Positions 50,512 through 63,534 of a stretch of 64,000 bases of DNA are shown piece by piece. A program made the position numbers and the translations under genes. Under the pieces are notes generated by a model. That model had not been told where the DNA came from, ran no database searches, and was given only the letters and a program-made list of their open reading frames with translations. This stretch comes from Mobula hypostoma. Lineage: Eukaryota. Numbering within the stretch: position 1 is the stretch's first letter; every line of letters begins with the position of its first letter. The stretch lies in NCBI RefSeq assembly GCF_963921235.1, contig NC_086097.1, positions 19,160,001-19,224,000 on the forward strand. Reading direction: 5' to 3'.

Positions 50512-52109
50512 TGATGGGACCTTTAACCCTTTTTTTTCTTCTTTTGTTCTCGTTTTGCTCCATTTATTTTAAGTTAATTTATATTGTATAATTTATAAAC
50601 AATATTTTCTTATAATTTATAGTTCATTATTATTATGTAATAAACTAGACTGCTGCCACAAAACAACAAATTTTATGACATACACCCGTGATAGTAAACC
50701 TGATTCTGATTCATCCACTGCTGAGAGTCTCCATCTATTACGTCACCATATTATGGCTTCTCCTCTAACCCTGCTGCACTCCATCGGTATTAATCTGGAG
50801 CACAAGCGTCTGCAGTGGGACTTGAACCCACAATAATCTGAAAGAGGAGTATTACATCAAACTTAAGCACAAAAGATTCTACAGACACTGGAAATATTGA
50901 GCAACAAACACAAAATGCTGGAGGAATTCAGCAGGTCAGGCAGCATCCATGGAGGGGAATAAACAGTTGAGGCATTCGGACAAGACCCTTCATAAGGAAG
51001 ATGTTAAACTTACTATGCTTGAGTCAGAAGTCGTCAGTTTAAATGAAACTACCTGACCACTTGGATAGTAATAGTTCAAAACTGCTGTCTCCATTAACCA
51101 ACCTGCTGTTAGACTTGTTAACCGGGCTTAGAGCAGAACTGTGCATTTCACCAAAAATGCATGTTCTGCTCCTGAGTTAATTAAGTGCCGAGTTTTTTTT
51201 TGCAGGAGGAATAACCACCTAGGGAATTTCCTGGAGTTAAGCATTAACCTCTAGGATATAAACAAATCTGGAAAAAGATCTGGGAGAACAGGATGAATGA
51301 TTTTATAAGTTTTATTAATGCTACGATTTTACCTCAGGAAATAAAGGTATATTTTATAGATGGTTACAAATAATCAGCCCAGTACATCTGGATTGTTGGA
51401 GGCTGAGACACATAGATCTGATAGAGTCAGAATCTTTATCCCAGGATAGAAATGTTGAATTCTGTAGCTTTGGGGGAAAAGTTTAAAGGAGATGTGCAGG
51501 TCATGTTTTCTGCACAGAGAGTGGCAGGTGCCCGGAACGTACTGCCAGGGATGATTGTGGAAGCAGACATAATAGTGACCTTCAAAAGACTTTTAAACAG
51601 ACAGGTGAATATTGTGATGGAGAGTGCTTAGTAAACACACTCCATACAGATACATATTTACACACACACACACACACTTGTCATTCTGGTGTTGTGCTGA
51701 CTGTACACTTCAACGTCTTCCCCCCAGTATATTCTAATAATGAACCCTAAAGGGTTTGGCTTTGTGGTGCCTTTCCCACCATACAGACTGGAATATTCCA
51801 TTTCTTTAATAATGGGATGTATATTGTTTGTATACTTTATTTAAGGTAGGTACTTCAGCTTAATTTTTAATATGATTGTCACTGCATTGGAGTACGTCAT
51901 ATTCTGATTCATGTGTAGTCTTAGGTTAACTTTGTGGGAAATTAAAAATGGAATGCCCTGCTGCCTTAGAAAAACAGGGCGGTTTGCTCTCAATGGCCGA
52001 AGGAGTGAGTTATTGAGCTGTCAGGAGTTTACACTGGGCTTAAGTATGTAACTATAACTATGTTTTCTGGTAGTTATCTTTTTCGTAAATATTGCCTGTT
52101 TTCTTTTCA

Positions 52110-52459
52110 AGCAACACACATCAAAGTTGCTGGTGAACGCAGCAGGCCAGGCAGCATCTATAGGAAGAGGCGCAGTCGACGTTTCAGGCCGAGACCCTTC
52201 GTCAGGACTAACTGAAGGAAGAGTGAGTAAGGGATTTGAAAGCTGGAGGGGGAGGGGGAGATGCAAAATGATAGGAGAAGACAGGAGGGGGAGAGATAGA
52301 GCCGAGAGCTGGACAGGTGATAGGCAAAAGGGGATACGAGAGGATTGTGGGACAGGAGGTCCGGGAAGAAAGACGGGGGGGGGGTGACCCCTGCTGCGTT
52401 CACCAGCAACTTTGATGTGTGTTGCTTGAATTTCCAGCATCTGCAGAATTCCTGTTGTT
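52110..52459. mobile_element. Short ORF-less PLE derivative with inverted ends
   Basis: 15-bp TSD CCTGTTTTCTTTTCA (52095-52109, 52460-52474); perfect 41-bp inverted repeat at 52106-52146 / 52390-52430. Confidence 0.85.
52173..52210 (-). ncRNA. Minimal hammerhead-ribozyme motif
   Basis: Minus strand: TAGTC-CTGACGA-A-GGGTCTCGGCCT-GAAACGTC-GACTG. Confidence 0.65.
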
Positions 52460-52751
52460 CCTGTTTTCTTTTCACTATTTTCACTCAATTTTTAATACAC
52501 CGAATAAACACCCTTGCACGAAAGAGTTAAGCGACTCCGGCCAGTTTTTTGTCAGTCATAATCCATCTACCATACAAATATACAGGGAATGGAGGGAGAT
52601 AGATCACGTGCAAGCCAAACATCATGGTTGACAGAGACATCATGGGCTGAAAGGCCAGCTGCTGTGTTGTTCTGTTGTATGCCCTGTGTTCAATGTTCTA
52701 TGTGGAATGTTATGCTCAATTTCCTATTGGTGCAGAACAGGTGCACCAAGC

Positions 52752-53645
52752 ACCACACACAAAATGCTGGGGGAACTCAGCAGGCCAGGCAGCGCCTATG
52801 GAAAAGAGTACAATCGGCGTTTCGGGCCGAGCCCCTTCACCAGGACCAGAGAATAAAAAGGTGAGGAGTTAGAGTAAGAAAGTGGGGAGCAGGGAGGAAG
52901 AAGACAAGGTGATAGGTGAAGCTGGGAGGAGGGCGAGGGGAGAAATCGATGTTCAAGCCATCAGGTCGGAGGCTACCCAGATAGAATGTAAGATGTTGCT
53001 TCTCCAACCTGAGTGTGGCTCATCGCGACAGTAGAGGAGGCCGTGGACTGACATGTCGGAATGGGAATGGGAAGTGGAATTAAAATGAGAGATCCGCTTT
53101 TTCTGGCAGACGGAGTGTAGGCGTTCAGCAAAACAGTCTCCCAATCTCTGTCGGGTCTCACCGATATATAAGAGGCTGCACTGGCGGCACCGGATATGAT
53201 AGCTGACCGCATCAGATTCACAGGTGGATGGCGCCTCACCCGGAAGGACTGTTTGGGGCCTGAATGGTAGTGAAGGAGGAGCTGTCGAAGCCGGTGTAGC
53301 CCTTGTTCCGCTTGCAAGGATAAGTACCAGGAGGGAGATCAGTGGGGAGGAATAAATGGACAAGGGATCCCTGCGGAAAGCAGAAAGTGGGGTGGGGGGG
53401 TGTGAATTATGTGTTTGGTGGCGGGATCCCGTTGGAGATGGCGGAAGTTACGGAGAATTATGTGCTGGTCACAGAGGCTGGTGGGGTGGTAGGTGAAGAC
53501 AAGAGGAACCCTATCCCTGGTGGGATGGAGGGAGATGGGCTGAGGGCAGACATGCACGAAATGGAGGAGATGTGGTTGAGGGCAGTGTTGATGGTGGAGG
53601 AAGGAAAGCCCCTTTATTTGAAGAAGGAGGACATCTCCTTTGTTC
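52752..53645 (-). mobile_element. Penelope-like element fragment
   Basis: RVPLVFTYHPTSL...ILRNFRHLQRDP and IRCRQCSLLYIGETRQRLGDCFAE. Confidence 0.85.
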
Positions 53646-54686
53646 TGTACCATGAAGCTGGGATGACCTATGGCAGGAGGGGATTTTGGAGGCACCACAT
53701 CATGTGATTGAACTTCTGCCCAGATGGAGTTAGCGTCTTTAGGGAGGGAGGCTGTCACCTGAACAGCCACAGCGGACTTCCCGGGGTGGAAATCAACACA
53801 ATTCGGACAACACTCAACAGTCGAGCCAGTGAATCGAGAGAGACTGGGGCCTTGTGTTTCATTGCACTGGGGATCTCCAGAGTGTTACCAGGTTGGAGTG
53901 CACATCAGTGACTGTTTTACGTCACCGCATCTCTGAGCCAGCCTCGCGACACGTCTCTGAATCAGCAGCCGATGAATAGCAGGAGGGGGAAGGGCTGGGA
54001 TTAATCTCACACACATCATGGCAGGATTTCCACAGCAGAACATCTTGTTCTGTCATCACCTGTTACAGGCGTCGTCATCAATCACTCAGTGGGCAGGCTC
54101 ATCCACGAGCAGCAGTCTGTGCCAATCTCTCCCCGTGCAAACTTGACAATATGCTTCAACATCTACCTCCCTTCTCCTGGCTCTGCACCAACACCACATC
54201 GCTGTGCCCTCAACATACGGCCCTGTGGCCTTTGGCAAGAGTGCCTCGTAACAATTAGCACTCGATTATGGACACTATTTAAACCTCTTTTGTTCGGTTA
54301 TACCTTGCTATTCCTATTCTGTACTATTTCTTAAATATTTTTTATTGCAACTTAGAGTAATTTATTATGTCTTGCTCTGTAGTTAGCCCCATCCCCACCC
54401 AGTTACTCCTGTCACTGCACTGTAGACATCTGAAAACACTTTTTATAATGCTACTTACATTGTAAACACACGCTGGTATTTATGTATTTATGGATATTTA
54501 ATTCCATCTTTGTACTTCTAACTTTATTTTTATTTAATTCTTTATTCTTTATAATTGCTGAATATTGTTGATTTTTGTTGCATGTCATGCCCTGACCACA
54601 GCAAATTCCTGGTAAATGTATATGGCAAATAAATTTGATCCTTAATCCTTGCATTGCCGTTACAAAACAACAAACTTCATGACATA

Positions 54687-55216
54687 CAGTACCTTGGAAA
54701 AGTCTTAGGCACATATATCTACAGCTAGGGTACCTAAGGCTGTGGCACAGTACTGTATTTGTCAATGTGGAGCGGAGAGTGAGTTTGTAAATCTGGTGGG
54801 AGCAAAGGATGTTGGGAACGGCTAGGGTGGAGCGCCGTGGGAGGGGTGTGGGACAGGTGGCAGAGAAAGAGTGCCAGGGGCAGGTAGTGGCACGGGTGCA
54901 GACACACCTAGCCCTGAGATACCAGGCAAGGTCATTCGATTCCAAACAATTAGTTTACCAATCATTACAGAATGCCTCCCTGCTGCTTCCTGCTCCCTCC
55001 CCTCCCCTTTCCCCATTTCCCAACCATGATTCCCCTCTCCCTGCCCCCTTCCCACTCTCCATCCACAATAGAGACCCAGATCAGAATCAGGTTTATCATT
55101 AATTTGTTTTTTTTTTGTGGCACCAGTACAGTGCTATACATAAAATTACTACAGTACTGTGCAAAAGTCTTAGGCATCATAGCCAAGACTGTGCTTAAGA
55201 CTTTTGCACAGTACTA
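54687..55216. mobile_element. Tc1/mariner-type MITE with doubled TIRs
   Basis: TIR CAGTACTGTGCAAAAGTCTTAGGCA occurs in four imperfect copies, forming a hairpin at each end; TA-flanked; inserted in a LINE tail fragment. Confidence 0.7.
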
Positions 55217-57394
55217 TATGTCAGTGACAATAAAACCTGATTCTGATTCAGTCTCTGAGCAAAGGACTCGAGTCCACAAGACCCTGAGTTAAGGCTGTTC
55301 AAACAAGCTTCTTATAAAATATTTACCAGGTTGGAATGAAGAGATTTTACTCCCTAAGTTTGGAATTGCTGCAGACTCTTCACTTCCAGCAAACAAAAGG
55401 ACAAATCCACTGCTTCGAGAAAAGGACTAAAATTGGAGCTATATTTCTAAACCTTTAGAAAAGCACAGATTCTGACTAATACCAATGGAGCATGCTTAAC
55501 ATCATTCAATAACAATTATATAGTAAAATTCCTAAGATTAGACAGGCTTGGACTTTGCTGGTGCCAGACTGCAGGATTTTATTAACCACTAATTTGCCAG
55601 CATGCTTTCAATTTATTGTTTACATGTTGGTTGGTTGGATTATTATTGCTGCCACATGCACTGAGATACAGGGAAAAGCTTGTCTTGCACACTGTTCATA
55701 CAGGGTATTGAGGTAAAACAATAACAATGCAGAATGTAGTGTAACAGCTACAAAGAAAGTAAGTAAATAAATATGTAATTACTTGTACTTTTTAGAAAAG
55801 CACAGCTCCTGACTAATACCAACCGAACATGCTTGTATTTTTACTTGTATTTTTTAATATCTTGCACTGTACAAGAAAAACAAATTTCATGACAACTATG
55901 TCAGTGTTAATAAACAGAATCCGATTCTTGCTGATGATATCCTCATCCTTTAAGTGAGTAAATAGTTATTGATACTGTGCTCTTGTGCTACAGATACAGT
56001 GCTAAAGCTTTACCCTGAGGTCTTCCGTTATAGAAATGCTGTATCCTGAGGTTTTATGTTATAGATATGTAAAATAGATTCATTCAGCATTCATAGATGA
56101 GCTAAAAAGCTAATCCATTCATTGCAGAAGCCTGAGTCAGATATACAACTGTTAATGCTGCAAGGGCTGGGAAACTGTCAAGATATTTCTTTGTCACTAA
56201 CGATATCTCTGCTATCTCTTCTCTGAGACTAGGGAGTGAATTGGAAAGGACAATTTCATCTTCAGTCTGAGGCCCGCCTGTGATATCCCTAACTTCACGA
56301 TGCCAGAACAGTGTCCCAGCACAGTTACACACCTTTATCCCACTTGGGTATTATTAGTCTTTTTTTTTGCACAGTTGAGAAACCACAGCAGTGGTGATTT
56401 AATTTCAATTCACAGCAGCAGGGGAAAATTAAATGAAAGTTTCTTTGTGAACAATGTGTACTCAATGAATTCATTTAATAATTAAAACTCCCTGGGGCCT
56501 TGAAGTTTTAATCCTTTCAAAATATGTAATCTACTTCATCATTTGGAAATATTACTCTTACGCAAATGGTTACTGAACTAATTAACAGTTTAAAAATCAG
56601 CTCAAAATTCATTACGTTCTACTACTAAAATATTAATGTTCGCTTGCATTTATTCTTTAAACTTAAATTATAATTGTGATCAGCAGTTATTAAAGAAGAC
56701 TTACCACTAATAATGTTTTTGAAGACATTTGCTCCTGATTCTTCAGTAAATTCAATTTTATTTTCTTGACTGTATATCGTTCCCTTGAGCCACCATTTCT
56801 CTGTGAACATCCACTATCATAGAGTCATAGAACACTACAGCAAAGAAACAGGCCCTTCAGCTCATCTAGTTTCTGCCAAATTATTAATCTGCCTTGCATA
56901 ATTAACCAGCCCTCTGTATGCCTCCCAGCCATGTACCTATCCAAATTTCTCTTAAAAGTTGACATAAAGCCCCCATCCACCACTTACGTTGACAGCTCAT
57001 TTCACACTCTCACCGCCCTATGAGAAGTTCCCCTTAAACACTTCACCTTTCACTTTTAACCCATGGCCTCTAGTTCTAGTATCACACAACCTCAGAGGCA
57101 AATACCTGCTTGCGTTTCTCCTATCTATGCCCCTCATAATTCTGCAACCTCGATCTAATGTTGCCTCATTCTCTAGGGAGTCTCTAGGGAGGCCTACAAT
57201 TCCTGCCAATTGTTCCAGGTCTTCTGTATAACACAAATGCTCCCTCCTCAACTTCCGTATCCTTTGTCCCACCATTGTTTTCTGGGGCTTAGAAATTTCA
57301 GTCTTACTTATTAACTAAGACCAATTAATTACAGAACGTGGACGTCCTGCCCACTGAGTTCATAGCAGTTCTCTATTCAGTCCCACTCTCCAAA

Positions 57395-57985
57395 CATAAG
57401 AATGTAAGAGCTAGGAGCAGGAGTCGGCCATCTGACCCATCGAGCCTATTCCACCATTCAATAAGATTACGGCTGACTTGGCCGTGGACTCGTCTCCAAC
57501 TACCTGGCTTTTTCCCATAAACCTTAATTCCCCATTCTATGCAAAATTATAACTGTGTCTTAAATATAGTTGATGAGGTAGACTCTACTGCTCCCCTGGG
57601 CAGAGAATTCCACAGATCCATTACTCTCTGGGAGAAGCAGTTTCTTCTCATCTCAATCCTAAATCTATTCCCTTGAATCTCGGGACTATGCCCCCCAGTT
57701 CTAGACTCACTCACCATTGGAAACAACCTTCCTGCCTCTATTTTAACTATCTCTTTAATAATTTTAGATATAAGATTCCCACACATTTTTCTGAATTCCA
57801 ACAAGTATAATCCCAGTTGATTCAATCTCCTCTCATAGGCTAACTTCCACATCTCTAAAATGAGCCTGGTGAATATCCTCTGCCCTGCATCCAAAGCCGG
57901 TATATACTCCCTCAAGTAAGGAGACCAGAACTGCAGGCGCAACCTCACCAGTACTATGTACAGTTGCAGCTTAACCTCTCTGCTC
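57395..57985 (-). mobile_element. CR1 3' fragment
   Basis: QFWSPYLR...ESRTGGHS...SQRVMDLWNSLP. Confidence 0.8.
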
Positions 57986-58467
57986 CAAACCTTTCCCTGG
58001 AGATCTCCAGTTATTTTCTCTCATGTATTTTCCCTTTGGAAGCCCTGATTTACTGCTTTCACCACTCTTGTAGACAAGGAGTTCCAAATCATCGCCTGCT
58101 ACATTCAGTTTAAGATAACATGCTCCAATTAGATAAGCTTCCCTCTATTTCTCCTGTCATCTCTCCTCTCAACCTGACTTGTACTCCAGCACAAACACCT
58201 TCCTTCTAACCTGCATAGCTGACATCCTTCCTTGGGATGCTGGAACATTCTAGTAAATCTTTTCTGCACCTTGTCCAGGGCCTGCACATCCTTCCCAGAG
58301 TGAGGTGACCAGGACTGGATGCAGTAGTAGACTGGTGTTTCACCAAAGCACAACATGAACTTCTCATGTGCAGTAGTAGCTTGGAATAGCAATTGTTGCT
58401 TTAATATTTTCATTAATTTGTCTTCTATAATGTGATCAACTATCAACTGCTGTCCCAGCCACAGCAT

Positions 58468-59245
58468 TATAGAAACATAGAAACATAGAAAATAGGTGCA
58501 GGAGTAGGCCATTCGGCCCTTCAAGCCTGCACCGCCATTTATTATGATCATGGCTGATCATCCAACTCAGAACCCCGCCCCAGCCTTCCCTCCATACCCC
58601 CTGATCCCCGTAGCCACAAGGGCCATATCTAACTCCCTCTTAAATATAGCCAATGAACTGGCCTCAACTGTTTCCTGTGGCAGAGAATTCCACAGATTCA
58701 CCACTTTCTGTGTGAAGAAGTTTTTCCTAATCTCGGTCCTAAAAGGCTTCCCCTTTATCCTCAAACTGTGACCCCTTGTTCTGGACTTCCCCAACATCGG
58801 GAACAATCTTCCTGCATCTAGCCTGTCCAATCCCTTTAGGATTTTATATGTTTCAATCAGATCCCCCCTCAATCTTCTAAATTCCAATGAGTACAAGCCC
58901 AGTTCATCCAGTCTTTCTTCATATGAAAGTCCTGCCAACCCAGGAATCAATCTGGTGAACCTTCTTTGTACTCCCTCTATGGCAAGGATGTCTTTCCTCA
59001 GATTAGGGGACCAAAACTGCACACAATACTCCAGGTGTGGTCTCACCAAGGCCTTGTACAACTGCAGTAGTACCTCCCTGCTCCTGTACTCGAATCCTCT
59101 CGCTATAAATGCCAGCATACCATTCACCTTTTTCACCGCCTGCTGTACCTGCATGCCCACTTTCAATAACTGGTGTGTAATGACACCCAGGTCTCATTGC
59201 ACCTCCCCTTTTCCTAATCGGCCACCATTCAGATAATAATCTGTT
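58468..59245 (-). mobile_element. Young CR1 3' fragment with uninterrupted ORF2 C-terminus
   Basis: 199-aa ORF at 58567-59166 (LVRPHLEYCVQFWSP...VVNLWNSLP); (TTCTATGT)n tail. Confidence 0.9.
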
Positions 59246-59295
59246 TATGTACAGAAAGTTCCCGAGAATAGACTGCAAGGAGCCTTGGAATAAAT

Positions 59296-59297
<2 letters not shown>

Positions 59298-59341
<44 letters not shown>
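59298..59341. repeat. (CA)n microsatellite
   Basis: About 22 perfect CA units. Confidence 0.95.
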
Positions 59342-59343
<2 letters not shown>

Positions 59344-59499
59344 CACGGTTATGATAAATGCATTCTTTTGCATATTGCAAATAAAATTATTAAATAGGGA
59401 GATTATATTTCACTTGTACAATGTATTGTTGAGATCACATCCAGAGTGTTGCACTATGTATTATTTTTTTTAAATGAACCCAGGTATGGACAGTGCCCA

Positions 59500-59762
59500 C
59501 AATGGAGGGGTGATTAACCCTGGCATAGACTGTAGGCACAGGGTGTGGGGGGAAAGGGAGTTAATAAACCTTCATAGACAGAGGCCACTGGATGAGGGGG
59601 TGTGATAAACCCTTTATAGACAGTTGACTCACAACAAGAGTGATTAGCACTTCACAGACAGTGGCCATGGTGCGGGGGATGGTGGAAGGAGGGTGATTAA
59701 CTTCGTAGTAGCCATGGTGAGTGGGGGGGGGTGATTAACCCTTTATAGACAGTGACCATGCA
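59500..59762. repeat. Degenerate tandem repeat (~6 units, 35-55 bp)
   Basis: Recurring core GGGTGATTAACCCTT..ATAGACAGTGGCCA with variable G-rich linkers. Confidence 0.7.
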
Positions 59763-60079
59763 ATGCTTCATACTATTTGTCAAGTTACTGAACAAAAGGA
59801 AGAGAAGCTGCACTCTGACAGAGGAGTTATGAATGACATTGGGAGTTATCCTGCTTCACTGTGGGACTGAAGACTTCCCTGAAACGAATCCCCCAAAAGA
59901 ACCAAAGTGTAATATTTCTGACAGGGCTCGAGATGGATGAGTTACAGAGTTCAGAGATGGATGAAATCCTCAAAAAATGCAGTGACTATGCAGGTTCATT
60001 GAACAAACCTGGACATTCTCAATTCCACCGTTACCATCACATCAGCTCTCAGGACGAAGCTTTTCATTTAACTTGACAA

Positions 60080-61285
60080 TAAACTTGAACTTGGAAGTGA
60101 CAGATGGAGTTCAATCCAGAAAATTGTGAAATGACTAAACTGGAAAGCAGAATACAAGGTCAATGGCAGGATTCTTAGCAGAGTAAAGGAACAGAGGCAT
60201 CTTGAGGCACAAGTCCATAGATCTGTAAAAGTTGCCACACAGGTTGACAGGGCTGTTAAGATAGTTAAGATTGTTTTATTTCTCTGTACTGTTGTTGAGA
60301 GGAATGGAGTCGTCGACACTAAGGTTTTCTTTTTTCCCATTTTCAAGTTGTTAGTATTGTCCAAGTCTTTTAGTTTAGTTGACTAATTCTGTTTAGTTTA
60401 GTTTTTTTTTGGGATGGGGTTTGTTTTTTTTTCTATTTTTTTTTCTTTTTCATGATTTTTCTTCAGTTTTTTTTTGCTTTGTATTATTCATTGTTATTCT
60501 ACACGACTGGGAGTTTCATCAATTTATACTATTTGGTTTTACAATTACTCATTTTAAGTGTAACAATGTATCTCCTACCACTTGTATTTTTGCTTTGTTA
60601 TGTTTTCATTCTATGAAATTAATAAAAAGATTGAAAAAGAAAAGACAGTGTCTGGTGTGCTGGCCTTCGTTAGTCATGGGATTAATTTCCAGAGCTGAAA
60701 GGTAATGCTACAGCTCCATAAAACTCTGGTTAAACCACACTTTGTGTCATCTCATTAAAAGAAAGATGTGGAAAGGCTTTAAGAAAGAGTGCAAAGAAGA
60801 TTTACCAAGCTGCCCATAAGAGAACAAGTCATTTGAGGAAAGGTTGAATGAGTTAGAGCTTTTGACTTTGGAGGGATGGAGGATGAGAGGATTTTTGATA
60901 CATGTGCATTATAAGAGTCATAGAGAGAGTGTACAGCCAGCTCCTTTTCCCCAAGGTGGTAACGGCCAAAACCAGAAGGCATCCATTTACGGTGAGTGCA
61001 GGAAGGTTCGGGGAGATGCCAAAGGTAGGATTTTTGCACAGAAAGCTATGGGTGAGTGGAACGCTTTGCCAGAGTTGGTAGTAGAAGATGATTCAATAAG
61101 ATCATTTAACAGACTCACAGTTAGCTACAGGGATGTACAAAAAATGCAGCATTATGGGCTGTGTAAGAGGGAATGGTTAGACTGGTCGTGGAGCAGGTTT
61201 ATATTGGTCGTATGGTCAGCACAACATCCTGAGCCCAAGGACCTGTATGAGTTGTACTGTTCTATATTCCATGTTCTGTGTTCTA
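60080..61285 (+). mobile_element. Degenerate CR1 with a nested L1-like 3'UTR (60266-60641)
   Basis: CR1 QMEFNPE motif and TTCTAT tail. The insert is T-rich, ends AATAAAAAGATTGAAAAAGA and is flanked by AAGATAGT/AAGACAGT. Confidence 0.65.
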
Positions 61286-62512
61286 TGGTCTATGTTCTAT
61301 GTTCTCTATTTATATTTCTTTCTTGTTTCCCCTTTTCCAGTGATTCTTTCTTTCTCTCTCATTCATCTCTTTTCATCTCACTCCCTGTCTTTCTCATTTT
61401 TATTTCTTTCTCTTCACTTCTCTCACCTAGTCATTCCTCTCTCTCTTCCTCTCTTTCTCTCAGTCTCTCTCAATGTCTCACTGGGGAATTCTTTGCCACA
61501 GGCAGCTGTGGAGGCCAAGTTTTTATGTATATTTAAGACAAAGTTTGATAGATTCTTAATTGATCAGGGCATGAAGGGATACGGAGAGATGGCAGGAGAC
61601 TCGGACTGAGAGGGAAATTAGATCAGCTATGATAAAATGGCTAGGTAGATGCGATGGGCCAAATGGCCTAATTCTGCTTCTATATCTGATGGACTTATGG
61701 TCCGTCCGTCTCCCTCACTCTGATACACTATCCCCTGGGTGAAGGCATTTCCATTTACCTCTGTCCTGAATGGCCTAACCCTACCTTGAGGCAGTGACTC
61801 CTGGTCCTTCTCTTTCCAGCCAAGGGAACACATCTACCCTGTCAAGAATTTTGTACGTTTCACTTCTAATCCTTCCAACGGCACAGAGTAAGGGCCTGGT
61901 GTACCCTACAGCTCCTCACTCGTTACGGCTATGGGAATACCTTCACCATAAGGCCAGCAACAGCTTGGAAAGGAAATTACATTTCATTAGTCCAGGCAAT
62001 GTGCATACCTCTAGCAAGGACAGCATTTATTCTGCATCCCTAATCACTCCCACAGCTGAATAGCTTTCCAATCAAATCAGTGAAGCAACATAAATCAACC
62101 AAATTGCTTTGAGATCTGGAGTCCAGTTTGGTGAGGCCAAGGACTTGCTTCCTTGTCAGACATTAAAGAGCCAGATGGGCATTTATAGTTTTCCAGTCAC
62201 CACTGCTACAATTTTTTTTTCATTCCAGATTTATTTCTTCAACTTAATCTCCTCAGGTGCCATGAAGGGATTTGAACTCACGGCCAGATTTTTCCAGGTT
62301 GTCCCTTCCCCCACACAATCTAGCCATTACCAGCAAACTAAACTTTCTCTGCATTTGGAATGCCTCATATCCCTGGCTCAGAGCCCTGACTGATCACTGA
62401 GTGACATGGAACAAGCTCCACCCACAAATTTCTCTGAGTCTTTGACTGATGACAAAGCTTTGCCTTCTGTTGATGCTAGAAGCACCCAGTGGGCCAGACA
62501 GCATCTGTGCAG

Positions 62513-63512
62513 CACACACAAAATGCTGGAGGAACTCAGCAGGCCAGGCAGCATCTATGGAAAAAAGTACAGTTGATATTTCGGGCCGACACCCTTCAGC
62601 AGGTCTGGAGAATTAAAAAAGATAAGGAGTCAGAGTTAGAAGGTGGGAGGAGGGAAGGAAGAAACACAAGGTGATAGGTGAAACTGGGAGAGGAGAGGAT
62701 GAAGTAAAGAGCTGGGAAGAAGATGGGTGAAAGAGATAAAGGGCTGGAGAAGTGGGAATCTAAGAGGAGAGGACAGAAGGCTATGGAAGAGAGAAAAGAG
62801 GGAGTAGCATCAGAGAGAGGTGATGGGCGGGCAAGGAGATGAGGTGAGAGAGGGAAAAGGGGATGGGGGGAAAAGAGATAGGGGAGGACCATTCCTGGAA
62901 ATTTGAGAAATCGATGTTCATGCCATCAGGTGGGAAGCTGCCCAGACAGAATATAAGATGTTGCTCCTCCATCCTGTGTGTGGCCTCGTTGTGACAGTAG
63001 AGGAGGCCATGGATGGACATGCTGGAATGGGAAATAGAAGAGATGCAGTTGAAGGCTATGCTGATGGTGGTGGAAGGGAAGCCCCTTTCTTTGAAGAAGG
63101 AGGATATTTCCTTGGTTCTGGAATGAAAAGCTTCATCCTGAGAGCAGATGCAGTGGAGATGGAGAGATTGAGAGAAGGGGATGGCACTTTTACAAGCAAC
63201 AGGGTGGGAAGAGGTATGGTCCAGGTAGCTGTGAGAGTCAGTGAGTTTGTAATAGACATCAATAGATAAGCTGCCTCCAGAGACAGAGACAGAGAGATTG
63301 AGAAAGGGGAAGGAGGTGCCTGAAATGGACCAGGTAAATTTGAGGGCAGGTTGGAAGTTGGAGGCAAAATTGATGAAGTCGATGAACTCGGCATTGACGC
63401 AGGAAGCAGCACCAATGCAGTTGTCGATGTAGCATAGGAAAAGTGGGGGAGTGATGCCAGTGTAGGCTTGGAACATAGACTGTTCCACGTAGCCAACGAA
63501 AAGTTGGGATCC
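62513..63512 (-). mobile_element. Penelope-like element, internally deleted
   Basis: 235-aa ORF with LCYIDNCIG, FASNFQPALKFT and YYKLTDSHSYL..SSHP, fused directly to the GIY-YIG C-terminus (MEEQHLIF...PDGMN); terminal repeat at ~62513-62600. Confidence 0.85.
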
Positions 63513-63534
63513 ATGCAGAGTGGTTCTTACAAAA

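Noticed and set aside
55980..56332. Possible vertnin (VRTN) remnant: SLVTKKYLDSF and ALALY on the minus strand faintly recall its N-terminus
   Set aside because: Only a few residues match from memory, the spacing is wrong, stops intervene and there is no further homology. A tBLASTn hit would be needed.
59500..59762. CRISPR-like repeat/spacer pattern
   Set aside because: The repeats are degenerate and the linkers are related G-rich sequence, consistent with a decayed minisatellite.
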